The notes beneath the pieces were generated by a model that was given only the letters and a program-made list of their open reading frames with translations, searched no databases and was not told the DNA's origin. A stretch of DNA of 64,000 bases from Albugo candida (Eukaryota), in the NCBI GenBank assembly GCA_040437565.1, contig JBDOQK010000004.1, positions 124,001-188,000 on the forward strand, given 5' to 3'. Positions 47,976-60,601 of the stretch are shown one piece after another. How positions within the stretch are numbered: the stretch's first letter is position 1; each line of letters begins with the position of its first letter. The position numbers and the translations under genes were made by a program.

Positions 47976-48219
47976 TCAACTACCATATCATCACAGACAC
48001 AATGAATTATCCTGCTCATGTCCCTGAAATTACTAATCAAATCGAAGGCATTGCGACGTCCAACTGATAGGATTGTCGATGGATTCATCATTGCCACTGA
48101 GTATCAGATTACTACAGAACAAAAATACACATGTAGCTCGACAAACAGCCGATTGACAGCGCATTCAGAAATAGAATTTCAAATGTTGGAAAAATGTCAT
48201 TCTTGTTTGGGAGCATTGA

Positions 48220-50518
48220 ATGCCGGCACTAGTACTTTGCGGTCGCCGTACTCGCATAGCGAGCGATGATTTCTATTGTCCTGCTTTGTTTTTAATGCTA
48301 TACCAATTTCCCTTTCTGCTCACCTGTGTGCTCTATCTGTCATACCTTCGATCGTATCCCACAACACAATTCCGAGTTGTGAATCTACCGTTTTGGTTCT
48401 GTTTGATTTCGATTCCCATTTACGCATTTATGGCGTGTATCTATCTCATAATGGTGCAGATTTCAACCAGGGGAGCGATTGCTGACCACGAACAGCGCGT
48501 TATTATGCCAAAAATCCTTCATGTTCATATGATTTGGACAGGTATAATGTTTTCTTACGGATTTTTTGGTATATTTGCATGGTACAATCTCCAAATGCTT
48601 CCTTACGACGCGAAGTATGTTCTGGTGCGTGGTTTGACAACTTTTACGACTCTTTTGTTTCATCAAGTCACCCAATGCTGCATACGTAGTTGCTGGCCGG
48701 GGCGATGATCGCAGAAACAGGCTTTTGGTGTTTATTCGGATTTTGTATATTTAGCGGAAGTACTCGACAGGCCAGAATAGATTCTCGGTCCATCGTGGAT
48801 GCATCAGGTGAGAAAACACAAGTTTCAGACAGCACTTTCATAGTATATCTAATCGTCATCACGTATCAGTTGAGGATGGACATGCTCAACAACAGGAGCA
48901 ATGGGAAAGAAGATGCCATATTTGGTGTAAAAGGCTTCATTGCTCCCGCACAAGTTTTTTTGGCTCGTCAGGCACACATCAATCTTCGATCAAAGCAGCT
49001 GCCAATATTTTGGCTTGTCTATTTCATGAGGGTCCCGACTTGGTACTCTCTGACATTTTAGCTGGGTATATGCTGCTGGCCATGGTCCAGTCGCATGAAA
49101 AGAGCGCAGAAGTCGATACAAATGATGAGAATCATATGAGAACACTTGAAGCAGCTTGTGCAGGAGATGGTATCACAAACTCAAATGAGGTAATAGATGA
49201 CGATGAGGCGATTACAATCTCTATATCGGCTACTCTGGATACTTGTAATGATCCAGAGACCAATAAACATATCCTTTCTCCTACACCAATGATTGGCGAT
49301 GTCAATAATGCTGGAGCGCTGGAGCAGCGGATCGAAGAATTGGCATACTATAGCAAATATGCAGTTGGGGCGTACGGGTGGCTACTCTATATTTACACAT
49401 ATCCATGGACAGGTATTTTCTATCTGCTTGGCTCCTATTTTCTGCGAAGACGACATACGTCAATTTTTGGCGACAATCTACTCCGTTTGAATCAGAGCGC
49501 ACTTTTTCTTGAGTCGGGGATTACCAGCCAAGATCTTTTGTATGCGTCATTCCGCGGCACTGTTTCGCACCCAGCATTCTATGTCGCTTTCGATCATCAT
49601 AAGAAAGAACTCATTATAGCTATAAGAGGTACTTTGTCGCTGGAAGATTGTTTGACGGATGCAATGGCCCAGCACGTGTCCGTGGATGCGATCGCCACTC
49701 AGATAGGCTGCGATGGCGTTGGTGAATTTGCCCACGAAGGATTCTTGCAAGCAGCCCATTCTATATATCTAGAAATTGAGCGGCTTGATCTCTTGAAAAC
49801 GCTAAGCGCCTCTAATTCAACACAGGAAGTTCAACAAACAACTGGGTATCGAGTAGTTTTGGTTGGACATTCTCTTGGTGCTGCCACGGCTTCTTTATTA
49901 GCGGTCATGTTGAAACCTGATTTTCCAAATTTACAATGCTTTTGCTATAGTCCTCCAGGCTGCATTATGTCTATCGGGCTCTCTGATCGATGCAAAGATT
50001 TCATCACCTCTGTCGTACTCGGTCACGACGTTGTTGCAAGTGCCTCAGTACAAGCCGCCGAAGAATTTCGAGATAGAATTCTTGAGGTGATTGAACGCAG
50101 TAAAGTAAGCAAAATTGCGATCCTTAGGCGCAGTGCAGCATCGAGAGATATCAATGACCTCTTACATGACAGCAGTGACGACACTGGAAGAGAAAGATCA
50201 TTTGTTCAGCATCTCAACAGGTACCGGCAATCATTGCGACAAATTAGAGCGGATCAAGTGCTATACGAACTGAAGATGCCAGGGCGTATCATACATTTGA
50301 AACACAAAGCTTTTGTAGCCGATAGTCCCAAAGTTAAACTCATTGATTTCCGATGTCGTTGTCGAGGATTAGCAAAATCTATCGAGTACGACTTTGAGTG
50401 GACGCATCATACAACATTTCGGAGTATTCGGATCGCTCAGTCCATGTTGGATGATCATCTTGCCAACAATGTTCACGCTGTTTTACAAAAGTGTGCGAAG
50501 AGTCTACAAGTATCGTAA
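48220..50518 (+). CDS. Sn1-specific diacylglycerol lipase (DAGL alpha/beta-like, lipase class 3), multi-exon
   Basis: DAGL-type N-terminus MPALVLCGRRTRIASDD; N-terminal TMs; DLVLSDILAG; IAIRGTLSLEDCLTD; AHEGF; nucleophile elbow GHSLG; YSPPG; MLDDH. Confidence 0.88.
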
Positions 50519-51231
50519 TATAAGCAGAGCCTCGGTGATGAGTCTTTTGATCGAACTGCCTTAAATGAAGAGCTGCTTATTCGCTGATCGTAACATGATC
50601 AGACACTCTAATTCTGGTTAGCAAACTCTGATAAACAATGATCAAAGCATGCAATCATGTCATATATTGCTATCTATTTTTTTGAATTCCATCGCTGAAC
50701 AAGATTTGTGCACTCATTCGGCCCTGATCCTTGTCTACGTCTGCTTCATCCGTTGATAGAGGCGACGGCATCATTATCGATGGGGAGATCTTTGAACTGA
50801 AAGATGATTTAATCTTCACTGAGAGATATTGTAAGAATATACATACCAAGACACGACTTAATCAGAACTAAGCGCGCTGCTTGATCGAAGATACTAAATT
50901 TTGGAGCATGCGAAAATGAATGCAGTAGAACTTGCTTAGCAATAGGAAATATAACGGAGATGGGCTGGTATCATAGTTATCATGTGGGAGAGCCAATGAA
51001 AAAATCGTTCATTTGATAGTTGCGCATTCGGGTCTAAAGTAAACAAGTTCACTTTATCCGACTGAACTAAAATACCAAGCCAGATCGTTTTATGCACAGC
51101 ACTTTCAGTAAAAGATCAAGCAGAACAAACTGTCCAGTACTTAAGGGTGGCGTGATTTTCGGATTGGTTATAATACACTTGGACTTATGTAATACACCAG
51201 TGGACAACATAAAATAAAAAATAGTGAAATT

Positions 51232-51710
51232 ATGGACTTCTTTACCGGCAGGCATAACAATGGACCCTCATTCTGTCCACACTGCGGTAGCATTTTTACT
51301 CTCCCGGAGATTAATAACATCACCTGTTCCGCATGTGCTTACCACTGTAAATATGAAGGTAGTAATCGCGATTTAGTCATGCACAGTGACTGAAATCTCA
51401 CTATTATTTCGTTATAAGACCTACCAAGCCTCGTAAGCATTACTAAAAGCGAGCAAAAACCGGTTCCCGAATGGCTAGAGAAAGAGCAAAAAATCAAAAA
51501 AGTAGAAGGACCAGCACGAGCTACGGTAAGTCTATATTACATGAGACATAAACTCTGTTTTGAACCCACTCTCAGGTAGAAGAAACGTGTCCGAAATGCG
51601 GCAATTCCGAGATGGAGTATTATACATTACAGATGCGATCGGCAGACGAAGGGCAAACAGTTTTCTATGAATGCAAAAAATGCGGTACCAAATCGTCAGT
51701 CAACAACTAG
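51232..51710 (+). CDS. RPA12: DNA-directed RNA polymerase I subunit RPA12 (three exons)
   Basis: FCPHCGSIF...CSAC N-terminal zinc ribbon; ARATVEETCPKCGNSEMEYYTLQMRSADEGQTVFYECKKC C-terminal TFIIS-like ribbon (SADEGQT). Confidence 0.92.
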
Positions 51711-51778
51711 AAGTAATATGGCAAGAAAATTCACAGCCACTTGGTCTGTACATAATAAGCGCTTTGCATTCCCACGTA

Positions 51779-54130
51779 TCACTGCATGGAGAACCCCGTT
51801 ATTTCCATATTAATAACCAGAGTCAAATACGTTTCCAGCTGCTCCTTGCTCTCATAAATTGGCAAATCGATCCGATTGAAGCATGTATGTGCTTGTGGAA
51901 ATAATCCTGCTGGAGGGACTCCGCATGGCACCAAATGTATTCCAAATCTTCGAACTCGCCCATCACTACTCAAAAGAGCTTTGAATCCTTCAACAGGAAC
52001 ACGCGAGGATCCAGTAGCAAACTGCAATAATCTCGCCCGTTTTTCTTGCGAGAAGGAGCTGACAACCTCCCAAAACCATTCAACAGCTTTCTTTTCTCGC
52101 CGGCTGGGTTGATCTATCTCCTGATACTTCACATCTGTATGTGATTCCCAGTCATCGACGTCAATGCTTGGGACTCCACAGAGTATTAATTCCAATTCTT
52201 GATAATCAAATACTGCTAGCAAAGTCCGGGGGATAATGTCATAGAGACCTTGCAGAATTGCATTGACTTGCTCATGGACTGTGTCGAACATCTTATACTT
52301 GACCAATAGCTCGAGATATTCTTGCTTGTTGTCATCATTCACCATAATATTCTTTCCGTCTGGCTTCAGCTCCTCTGTTATGAGTTGTCCTTGCGCATCG
52401 CGCCGTTGCATGGTGAAATCAAGGCATAGAGAGTCCACGTTCGAGTTTTCTCGAAGCCAACAGGCACTACGATAAAGTTCCTCATCCAAGAACTCCAAGT
52501 CCGAGAATGAAATGGGTACGCCAAGCAAATGCTTTAGAAAAGGCAGCGCAAAGTAAACTGTCAGCAATTGACCTTCGAGCAAACACTTGGCTATGAGGCG
52601 TCCAATGAATTGGTAACTAATTAAATGATCGGGGTGTGTTTGACCAGAGTTTGGATTGATCCAATAGCTCAAATTTTCGACGTGGGTTGCCTGGAAAAGC
52701 CCATAGGACTCATCGAACAACTGTTCACATAACAATGTGACCCACTCACGCATCAAGCCACCTGCATCTAATCCAGGCTCTTCTATAAACTCGATTCGAA
52801 GACGCTGTCGTAAATCAGAAGCTGGGACCAGCATCAAAAGGCGCATTGATTCGTCCAAAACGGCATCACGACGGATTTTCAACAGTAAATGTCCATCTTC
52901 CCATGATATTGCGATTTTCTCCAGCTCTTGTAAAAGCCATCGAACTTTTTGACGAAATGGGAGGGCAGCAACGGCTTCAAAGTCGATGACTGTACTACAC
53001 CTGGGAAATTCAGTGGTATCAATGGGATCGGCTTCATGCGTGATCGATTCCGCTGGAACCCAGACGATATTCCCATGTTTATCTACATGACGTACATATC
53101 CTACAGACGACTCATTGATATAACCAGTTCCATTTTGCGAAAAATTCGCGGTGGATCCGTTTTCTGCGAGTGCTTTTGGGGTATCCATATTTATAGACTT
53201 TTTGTGTTTTCGAATTGACGGTGAAGTGTCTAGCATAGTCAACTCTGTTTCAATGCAACCTTCTCTTCGCTCCATTGTCTCATTAGTGTCTCCTGTGATT
53301 CGCGACTTCGTTTTCTCGGATCTCTGTGGGTGGCCGTACGCTGTATCGGCAAAAGAATCTGCCATGCTTGAAGCTCGTGAACGCACCATAGCGTCCGCCG
53401 TCAGAATACTTATCCGGGGAGGTAGACAGTCTTCATCTCGTACCCAGCGAAACTGACCGTCTGTAGTCTTTTCACGACGCCACAGATTACGTCTACGTGC
53501 TCCTCTTTGCCGTTGATTCAAATTCATTTCGTTAAGTCGTCGAACATGGAAAGATCGCTGACGAGCTACTAATAGGCTTTGCGCAGAAGGTGATGGATTG
53601 AACGTCATACTACTGGTCGCATGATTCGCTGGACTCGGTATAGCCTGCTGAGAGATGACTGCAAATGATATGAGCATATCAACATGTTAAAGCCAATTCA
53701 TGAAGCTCGTTACCTTGGGGTGTCCCACACATAATGCACTCCTTCTTTGCAGGATGATTATCATGATAACATATAGAGCACTGCCATTCTTCATCTTCTA
53801 CAAAACTTTATAATTCCAATTTAAAACGTTGTAATTGACGAAATGACATATTGTGTCTCACCTATCCAACAAAGAGTGACGTTGCATGTTATTGTTCGCA
53901 TTATCGTGCCCGACAAATCGTTGTGCTTGACGCTGTTGGTGACAATAAATCAAAATACTACCACCACCCAGGACCAATATGATACCCAAGAACGCATATA
54001 TATAGGTGGAGACCCCGACTACAAGGTATCGTGATAATAAGTGACACGACAAGAAAGTTGCAATGTCGACCCAATGTACCTTGTGACCTTCGTCTGCTTG
54101 CAACGGTACCACTATCGTATTGCGTCTCAT
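51779..54130 (-). CDS. HECT E3 ubiquitin ligase with N-terminal TM segment and RanBP2-type zinc finger (multi-exon; start approximate)
   Basis: HECT motifs EPGLDAGGLMREW, FDYQELELILCG, LLQFATGSSRVP, FPQAHTCFNRIDLP. Upstream exons encode YIYAFLGIILVLGGGSILIYC (TM) and EWQCSICYHDNHPAKKECIMCGTP. Confidence 0.85.
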
Positions 54131-54816
54131 TTGTATTCCATACAAGTGAACGCAGTCTTTGTGTCACAGAAGTTTGTGTATTCCAGGATGCTATTATAGT
54201 ATTAGTTACAGCGCTACGAGAAGTCGCTTCAGCAAAGTCTGCGCACAAGTTTCGATAGCAAAACACTGCAAATTGGAGCTTTAAAATCCAATGATATAAC
54301 ATCGTGGCTGAATCACACAATACCCAAGCAGTGGAAACGAATATGTCCAGCTACAGACGGGTTGGTGATAGTCGGTCTTAGAATTGTGTGAAATTGATTC
54401 AGCAGATGAGAGTAAAATTGGGTCGTAGCCTTTCTCGTAGTAATGCTTCTGCGGGAAGATTAAAATAGAAAGAATAAACTCAGGGTGTGTTGCATTCTGT
54501 CGAACACAATCTCGTCACTGGTTCTTGAGACATTTCCTGCAGCAACGTCATTTGATGTGTGACCGTTGAATAACAACTATCGTGGCTGCAGACGAATAGA
54601 GGTGTTGTATACCTTTATAGCTGTTAAAAGACTCCGAGTTGATTGCTACTACCAAATGTATTATGCTTTCAAGTTTGAAAGTTCTAACTTGTGATAGAAA
54701 TCCCAACAAAATCGTGAGAATTCTATTCTTCTTGATAGAAAATCACTGATCTACTTGCAAAAATTGTTGAAATCGACTGCATCGAACTTTATTCACCAAT
54801 ATCAACCATAGCCTAC

Positions 54817-55049
54817 CTATTGTCGCTTCTTGTTCATGATAGCGGACTTTTTGATAGTTTGCTTGTTTTCTTGAAGCGCTCGAGTGAGCCAAAATATCTA
54901 GAGGAATCATAACCAAGGTTGTCGACACGAGTAATGTGCTTTTTACTTACCAATACGGCGACGTGTACGGCGATTAGCCCAGTTATAAACGTGTTCAGCC
55001 CGGTGCCAAAGTCTGTACCAAGGATCGATGTGGGGAAAGTAAATGACAT
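54817..55049 (-). CDS. Small (~59 aa) single-pass membrane protein, two exons
   Basis: MSFTFPTSILGTDFGTGLNTFITGLIAVHVAVL, canonical GTAAGT..TAG intron, then IFWLTRALQENKQTIKKSAIMNKKRQ*. Confidence 0.55.
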
Positions 55050-55323
55050 TTTCTATGATTTCTGGATCGGAAAACTCCAGCTATTCACTATGATAACTAA
55101 AATACAAGCCCTAAGAGTTTGTATTGTAGATCGCAGACATGAGCATGCCATCTTCCTCACAAGAAGTGAGTTTATGACAAATTAATCGCTTTAAAAACTA
55201 CAATCCGAATAGGATCATTATCACTCCAACCAGTTTGTGCTATATATGTGCGACTGTTCTGGAAACGAGAATCATTCTTACCACGAGAAAGGCGTCATTC
55301 GATAGATAGGAAGACTCTTTCGA

Positions 55324-57630
55324 ATGACTTCAATTGCGCCACTTCCATTCATAACAGTCGAAAACAATGGTCAATTCAAGATAAATCTCGAGGCCACCTC
55401 AATTATAAAACGTATACCTGGCAGAATTGTGGTTTTGACGATTGCGGGTTCGTATCGCACGGGAAAATCGTTTTTACTGAATGCTTTAATTGCGCGAGCT
55501 CTTCAAAGAGGCCTTATCTCCACACAAACAAATTCAACTGATAAAACAATAAACTTGGAAACAGACAAGCTAAGTGGTTTTCAAGTCGCTGGAACAGTGA
55601 ATGCGTGTACAAAAGGAATCTGGATGTGGGCTGAACCATTACAATATCGTGATGCGACAACGATTTTGTTTCTTGACACGGAGGGTTTGAACGCAACACG
55701 CTGCGAAAACAATTACGACGTCAAATTATTTTCTCTTCTACTGCTTATTTCATCAATTTTGATCTACAACAGCCGTGGAACTATTGATAGTCACGCTTTA
55801 GAGGATCTCTCACTGGTGCTCAACATAAGTCGTCACATCCAGTCCAACATGGAAAGTGAAAATGGCGCGGGAAAAGGCTTCATCTACCCGTCGTTCCTTT
55901 GGATTGTTAGAGACTTCACATTGAAATTGAAGGATCAGAGAGGTTTCACCATAACGTCCAGAGACTACCTCGAACGTGCATTAAGGCCATGTCATTCCGC
56001 TTCTACTTCAGCTAGTCAGGATTGTATTCGATCAGCTCTTATTGAATCTTTTCCACGCCGAAATTGCATCACAATGGTGCGACCAATTCTAGAGGAGACA
56101 AAACTCCAGAAGGAAATACCTCGCGGTGATGTGAGACTTGATGAACTGCGACCAGAATTTCTGAAAAATTTGGATGATTTGTTGGAGTGTATTCTCGATG
56201 ATAGCACCGAAGAAAATAGTTTGAATGGGAAGAATTTGGATGGAACAATGTACTGCGATCTAGTGGCTGCATATGCTGAGGCGATGAACAACAGAGATTC
56301 CGTCGATGTCAATAATGCCTGGATGGTAGTGGTTCAAGAAAAATGCGAGAAGACTGTGCAAGAAGCAGTTATTATTTACCATCATGAGATGCAAAAGCAC
56401 ATCAGGGAGAATCTATTCAGTGAAGCAGATATCCCGGAAGGCGATCAAGATAATAAAGGTTCACTCGTAAATGCTATAGAGCAAACTTACGGTGCAAGTT
56501 TTGGCACCATACAAAACGTTGTGGAGGTAATGGATGTGGAGTTATTAGAGTATGATCCAGGTGTTCTCTTTTGTCCACGTCCAGTCAGCCTACCAAGTCG
56601 AGAAGAAGATTTGGCATCAATTCATCGCTATTGTAAGCACCTTGCAAAAACCTACTTTTACCAGACTTTGGCAAATAAATGCTGCAAGGAAGAATCTGCC
56701 AAGCATTATGAGTCGTTGCGTTTGCAAGTAGCAACCATTTACGACTCGTTTCGTAATGACAATATTGATGCATCCATGTCATATTGTCGGTCTTTGCTTC
56801 ATTATCTGTTGACAAAACATTCTTTCGACGCTATAAACGACGAGGCGAATCCTGATACAACCAAATCAGCGACGGAATTTATACAAAATCAAGCCGACCA
56901 GCTTCATGCTCAGTATAGCAAATATGCCTTAGGTGTATCGGCCGATGCTGCCTACGTGGAGTACATCACTACTCAAATGCTCGATGCGCTGGTAGATATC
57001 AGGAAGCAAACGATTAAACACCAAAACTTACAGTTCAGTTCACTGGATCAAGAAATCAAAGATCGGACAAGCCAGCTTGGACTTATTGGCGGGGAAGCTC
57101 GCACTATGGAGAGGCTGTTTGCATTCAAGCAGCAATCACTCCAGCTTGTTGCGAAAGAGAACGAGCAGCGATACGATCATGAGATATTTACCTTGCAGCA
57201 AGAACTCAAGTATGAAAATGATAAATTGGAGCATCTTCTTGATCATAACGCGACTTTGAAACGTATGGTTGAATTAGCTCAAGAAGGGCAAACTCGTACC
57301 GCGGAATATGTGAACCCGACATCAGTTGCTAAAATGGAAGGATACCTTCTGCAGGCTAATGTTCAAGCAACTGGTGGCTGGGAACAAATTTATGTCGTAA
57401 TGAATGATCGCACACTATGTTCGTATCTCACAAAATCGGATTATACTCGAGCCAAAGCCAGCAGTCTCGTGCACAATCTTATTGGAGCAAGTCTAAAAGT
57501 AGATTGTCTCGCACCGGAAGCATTTCAGATTGTGTTTGATCAATCTCACCATTTGACACTTCGCGCCAAGTCGATCGAGGCAAAAAATCAATGGATCACC
57601 TCAATTCGAGAAGCCATAAGGGAGAGATGA
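55324..57630 (+). CDS. Guanylate-binding protein (GBP)-family large GTPase with helical/coiled-coil stalk and C-terminal PH domain
   Basis: G1 GSYRTGKS, CTKGIWMW, G3 FLDTEG, FLWIVRDF; C-terminal MEGYL...GWEQIYVVM...LTLRAKSIEAKNQWITSI PH pattern; intronless 768 aa. Confidence 0.88.
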   Translation: MTSIAPLPFITVENNGQFKINLEATSIIKRIPGRIVVLTIAGSYRTGKSFLLNALIARALQRGLISTQTNSTDKTINLETDKLSGFQVAGTVNACTKGIWMWAEPLQYRDATTILFLDTEGLNATRCENNYDVKLFSLLLLISSILIYNSRGTIDSHALEDLSLVLNISRHIQSNMESENGAGKGFIYPSFLWIVRDFTLKLKDQRGFTITSRDYLERALRPCHSASTSASQDCIRSALIESFPRRNCITMVRPILEETKLQKEIPRGDVRLDELRPEFLKNLDDLLECILDDSTEENSLNGKNLDGTMYCDLVAAYAEAMNNRDSVDVNNAWMVVVQEKCEKTVQEAVIIYHHEMQKHIRENLFSEADIPEGDQDNKGSLVNAIEQTYGASFGTIQNVVEVMDVELLEYDPGVLFCPRPVSLPSREEDLASIHRYCKHLAKTYFYQTLANKCCKEESAKHYESLRLQVATIYDSFRNDNIDASMSYCRSLLHYLLTKHSFDAINDEANPDTTKSATEFIQNQADQLHAQYSKYALGVSADAAYVEYITTQMLDALVDIRKQTIKHQNLQFSSLDQEIKDRTSQLGLIGGEARTMERLFAFKQQSLQLVAKENEQRYDHEIFTLQQELKYENDKLEHLLDHNATLKRMVELAQEGQTRTAEYVNPTSVAKMEGYLLQANVQATGGWEQIYVVMNDRTLCSYLTKSDYTRAKASSLVHNLIGASLKVDCLAPEAFQIVFDQSHHLTLRAKSIEAKNQWITSIREAIRER

Positions 57631-59429
57631 TTTATGAACGAGTATTTTTGTGACTAGTGAATTCAAAGTTTGGTCGATATTTGTTTCAGTATCCTATTAC
57701 GTATTTCCCACCCAGTTCTCCCTTTGAAGGTTGCAGGTAGCCAAAGATACCATACAGCTGCACGCTGCTATTTTCCGCTTGACTCTCATTTGCCATATAG
57801 CTTCAGCACTTGACAAGTGACTACAACATACTGATGAGCTTCTCATATTATGCACCCTATCCCAAACTGGGATCAATTTTGCCGATGCCCACGCTTGTAA
57901 GCACGACTAAGCAGAAGAGCTGGGGTAGACATCCTGACGAGGAGAGATTTCTTAAGAACCACAAAATTCAATCGTTTGTCGATTGATGATGAGTACACGA
58001 TCATTGACGCCATCAATGCAAAAAAACGTCAGCCGAAATCGAATATACATATCAGCTTAGTTTTGTGGATGACAGAAATGATTTTGTAAATCCCGGAAAG
58101 TACGTGGGAGGTTACCACGTGCTTGCTGCCGTATTCTGCGCCGAACGACGGGACTTTACTGATGACAACATTGCTTATTGGGTATGTTGGTACTCTGACT
58201 GCCTGGGACACATACAAATAAGCCGTTATTTCGGCATTTCGAAGCAACGATGCGTCGAGCTGCTGATATTGCTTGATGTTGAGTTTTCTTTGACTTATTT
58301 TCCCATAGCACCCGCTTTATTTGATGTTCACTGGTCAAACATCCTTCATGAAAATGGAATCACATAACGAGCATGAATGCACCAAGATGATACGGCAAAA
58401 AGTATAGCCAACACACTCAAAAAATTGGTAAACATCTTGTCCCGTGACGAACTTACGATCCACAAAACCAAAGTCATGTTTGCTGACGCGTTTCTCTTTC
58501 ACCAAACGCTACGTTGAAGTCAGAAAGTGAAGACACGGTATCACCTTTTGAATCTATGCGGCAGAGGAGTATGATCTCCACGCTTGGTTATGCGAAGGCT
58601 GCTAATAGACTTATCCTGACAGTACAAACGAGTCATTGCGTGTACCAGGACCACACGACCATCTTGTGATTATAGTATTGCATCTTGGCGAAAATAATGG
58701 TATACTCATGCAAATAGTGCATCACCTTATTGGAGACTTTCTTACAAGCGAATAAAGCAAAATTTATACTTGAACGTACGGAATGTATCGTTCGAGATAG
58801 ATTAAACCCCGTGACATATATGAACAGCCTCTTGATTGATCGGTATTACGGCACACTGAAGACGCTCCAAGGGAACAAAATAACGGTGAGAAGGAAATTG
58901 CTTTAATTCAGCAAGCTTTCACTTGGCACCCATAAACCGTCTATGATACAAGTTTTAGTGTGGATGCTGAGTCGTGTGAAGGCATGAGAAGAAAGCTGTA
59001 AACCGATGATATAGTACCGATGCATGCTGATTTGGATAGTAAGACTGCTGGAAATCACAGCTATGAAGTGTTCGCAATCGTCAGTAATAGCATCACGCTA
59101 TTCGATCCATCTCAAAGTACGCTTTCTCTTCAGCTTGAAATACGTAATGGTTCAAGCGTCAGCTCACCCAAGCATTTGTCACGATTTGCACTTCCTGCTC
59201 TACCTGCAACCAAAATGGCGACAAGATAGCAGCAAATTCGCATTCTGTGTCATCTGTTCGAACACTTGCTGCATCCAAAAGCGCAAATTTCTCTCTTGAT
59301 TGGAAGGTTCCTGCCGTATGGAATTCCACGATAGCAAAACTCGGAAAAGTAACCATGGGGATTCATCTACATGCTTAATTGTCAAGTTGCTTTTCATAAC
59401 ATCAATACTATTTACTAGTTTTGGTGGCT

Positions 59430-60550
59430 AGGGGTGACGCCCTACCTGGGTCATGCCCACGGCGTCTAATTCTGACGGCTCTTCAATCCGGTAATTCAAG
59501 ACCGTCAACTCGGCACTTTTAATGTTCGGGGATTAACCTCGAACATAAAGCAGACATGTTTGGGAAAAGATCGCGCGCGGTTCAAACTGGACGTATGTGC
59601 TCTGCAGGAGACAAAAATGACGNNNNNNNNNNNNNNNNNNNNNNNNNNNNNNNNNNNNNNNNNNNNNNNNNNNNNNNNNNNNNNNNNNNNNNNNNNNNNN
59701 NNNNNNNNNNNNNNNNNNNNNNTCACCATGATCCTACTCGTCTCGAGCATATCCTTCTTGTTGCCGAGCGAGTATTCCGGGCATGGTCCTTGACCATCAA
59801 TGTCAGCAAAACTGACCGAACGACTATTGCTCGTGCACCGAACACAACCGACGAAAGCTGGCGTACCGTCGCAAATTGGGATCACTACTTGGCGACTCCA
59901 AAGACGTATAAAAAGGTTTTGGAAACTATGGATTCATTCTCGCCTACTTCCAGAAACACTACACTTTCGCTTATACAATGTTTGTGTGTTGCCTATTCTG
60001 CTATACAACTGTGGAACATGGGGTCTCATGAACCGCGACATTGCCAGTCTTAAAGCGTACCACCGTCGCCACCTTCGCCGCGTCCTCCGCATCCACTACA
60101 CTCAACACGTCAGCAACTCAGATCTGTAGAAGTGCTGTAACACAAAACCACTGCGAATCCACCTGACGGGGTCTCGATGGAGACTCTTCGGTCATATTCT
60201 TCGCCGGGCACAACCTATTCCAGCTCAACCGAACATGCTCTGATACTATAATGCTGCTGGTAATATGCTGACTCATCGGGGCCGTACACCTACCTTCCTC
60301 CCAGCCATTCCCGACAAGGACCTACGGCTGGACCTAGCCTCCAGTCTTCGTCTCCGCAATACAGCAGATCTATACGTCCTGTCCATTGTAGCACAAGACG
60401 ACGCCATATGGGAAGAACTTACTCAGCGTCTCTGCAATAGCCAGGAATTCATTTACCGGAAAAAAGAAAAAGTCAGGCGTAAACGAAAGCTAGAGTCCGA
60501 TAATACGGGCTCAATGCCGCCGTGAAAATGCTCATAATAATAGTAATAAT
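59430..60550 (+). mobile_element. Non-LTR retrotransposon (RTE-like LINE) remnant; middle collapsed in an N gap
   Basis: APE endonuclease start LGTFNVRGL...DVCALQETK; RT-end LTINVSKT; RLYNVCVLPILLYNCGTW...YHRRHLRRVLRI; RWRLFGHILR; 3' (TAA)n-like tail at about 60535-60550. Confidence 0.85.
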
Positions 60551-60601
60551 TCTATTTACCTGTAAATCTGTATAATTGACTTTTCATATACTTCTACTAT
60601 A

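Noticed and set aside
1..57630. Idea that the STAND, LRAT and GBP genes form a defence island
   Set aside because: They are tens of kb apart and interspersed with housekeeping genes; no evidence of functional linkage.
57850..58800. Possible ancient LINE RT remnant (FTDD, KTKVM-like peptides)
   Set aside because: Too degenerate to support without a profile search.
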